This document shows, one piece after another, positions 24,563 to 24,885 of a stretch of 24,885 nt of DNA. Source of the stretch: Gammaproteobacteria bacterium (GTDB lineage: Bacteria > Pseudomonadota > Gammaproteobacteria > Chromatiales > Chromatiaceae). A program made the translations under genes and the position numbers. The notes below the pieces were generated by a model, which was given only the letters and a program-made list of their open reading frames with translations, did not search any database and was not told the origin of the DNA. The DNA lies in assembly GCA_030621975.1 (NCBI GenBank), contig JAUXGQ010000001.1, positions 1-24,885 on the forward strand, read 5' to 3'. Numbering within the stretch: position 1 is the stretch's first letter; each line of letters starts with the position of its first letter.

Positions 24563-24885
24563 TTAGTACCTCCACAAGGAAAACCAAGAGAAACGCCGAG
24601 TACAGGGTCAGCCGCGATGGAAAAGGTTGATCGCGGACAGCAGATGCGATCACGGCCCGCTGGATACCCGGTAAATTCAGGTCTCGCCCTATGCTTTTCC
24701 ACCGAATTTCTTTATCTTATCGTCACGACCGATTGGAACTGGAATAATAATTCTAATCAGTGGTCTCGGGCAATCGCCGTCTGTGAACGCCGGCTTGCCG
24801 GCGCAGGCCGACTTAGGGCTCGCGCCAAAATAAATTTACATTTATGGGCGTCGAGGCGCCCGTCTGACAAGGCGTAACAACGCAG

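Noticed and set aside
24563-24885. Start of yggS, which is often divergent from pilT
   Set aside because: No frame gives a convincing YggS N-terminus (no LLAVSK motif) within the window.

Overview
This is a ~60% GC gammaproteobacterial core-genome window (Chromatiales/Sedimenticolaceae-like by inference). Its gene order follows the well-known Pseudomonas-type locus. In order: a partial thioredoxin/AhpC-TSA gene missed by the ORF track, divergent from metK-ahcY-metF (SAM cycle); rsmE; a type IV pilus chemosensory operon pilG-pilH-pilI-pilJ-chpA-chpC on the minus strand; a divergent operon gshB-apbE-tonB-yqgE-yqgF-pyrR-pyrB-pyrC'-pyrK; and a convergent pilT. I see no rRNA, tRNA, CRISPR array, transposase, integrase or phage gene, and no new multi-gene system. 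The most interesting signals are non-coding or residue-level. (1) Several short interspersed elements whose arms are built from 7-mers repeated at a 9-10 nt period, piled up with GTAG-type REP hairpins in the metF-rsmE and rsmE-chpC gaps; one REP supplies the chpC stop codon. (2) A ~170-nt metK leader with mutually exclusive pairings, one covering the ribosome-binding region, that matches no SAM/SAH riboswitch I can recognise. (3) A CsoR/RcnR-like operator over the thioredoxin-family promoter. (4) An ApbE flavin transferase with two catalytic-motif substitutions. (5) Clean absence of pilK, chpB and pilU from their usual positions. (6) A pseudo-dihydroorotase and an orphan PyrK. Family consensus comparisons come from recalled knowledge and were not computed.
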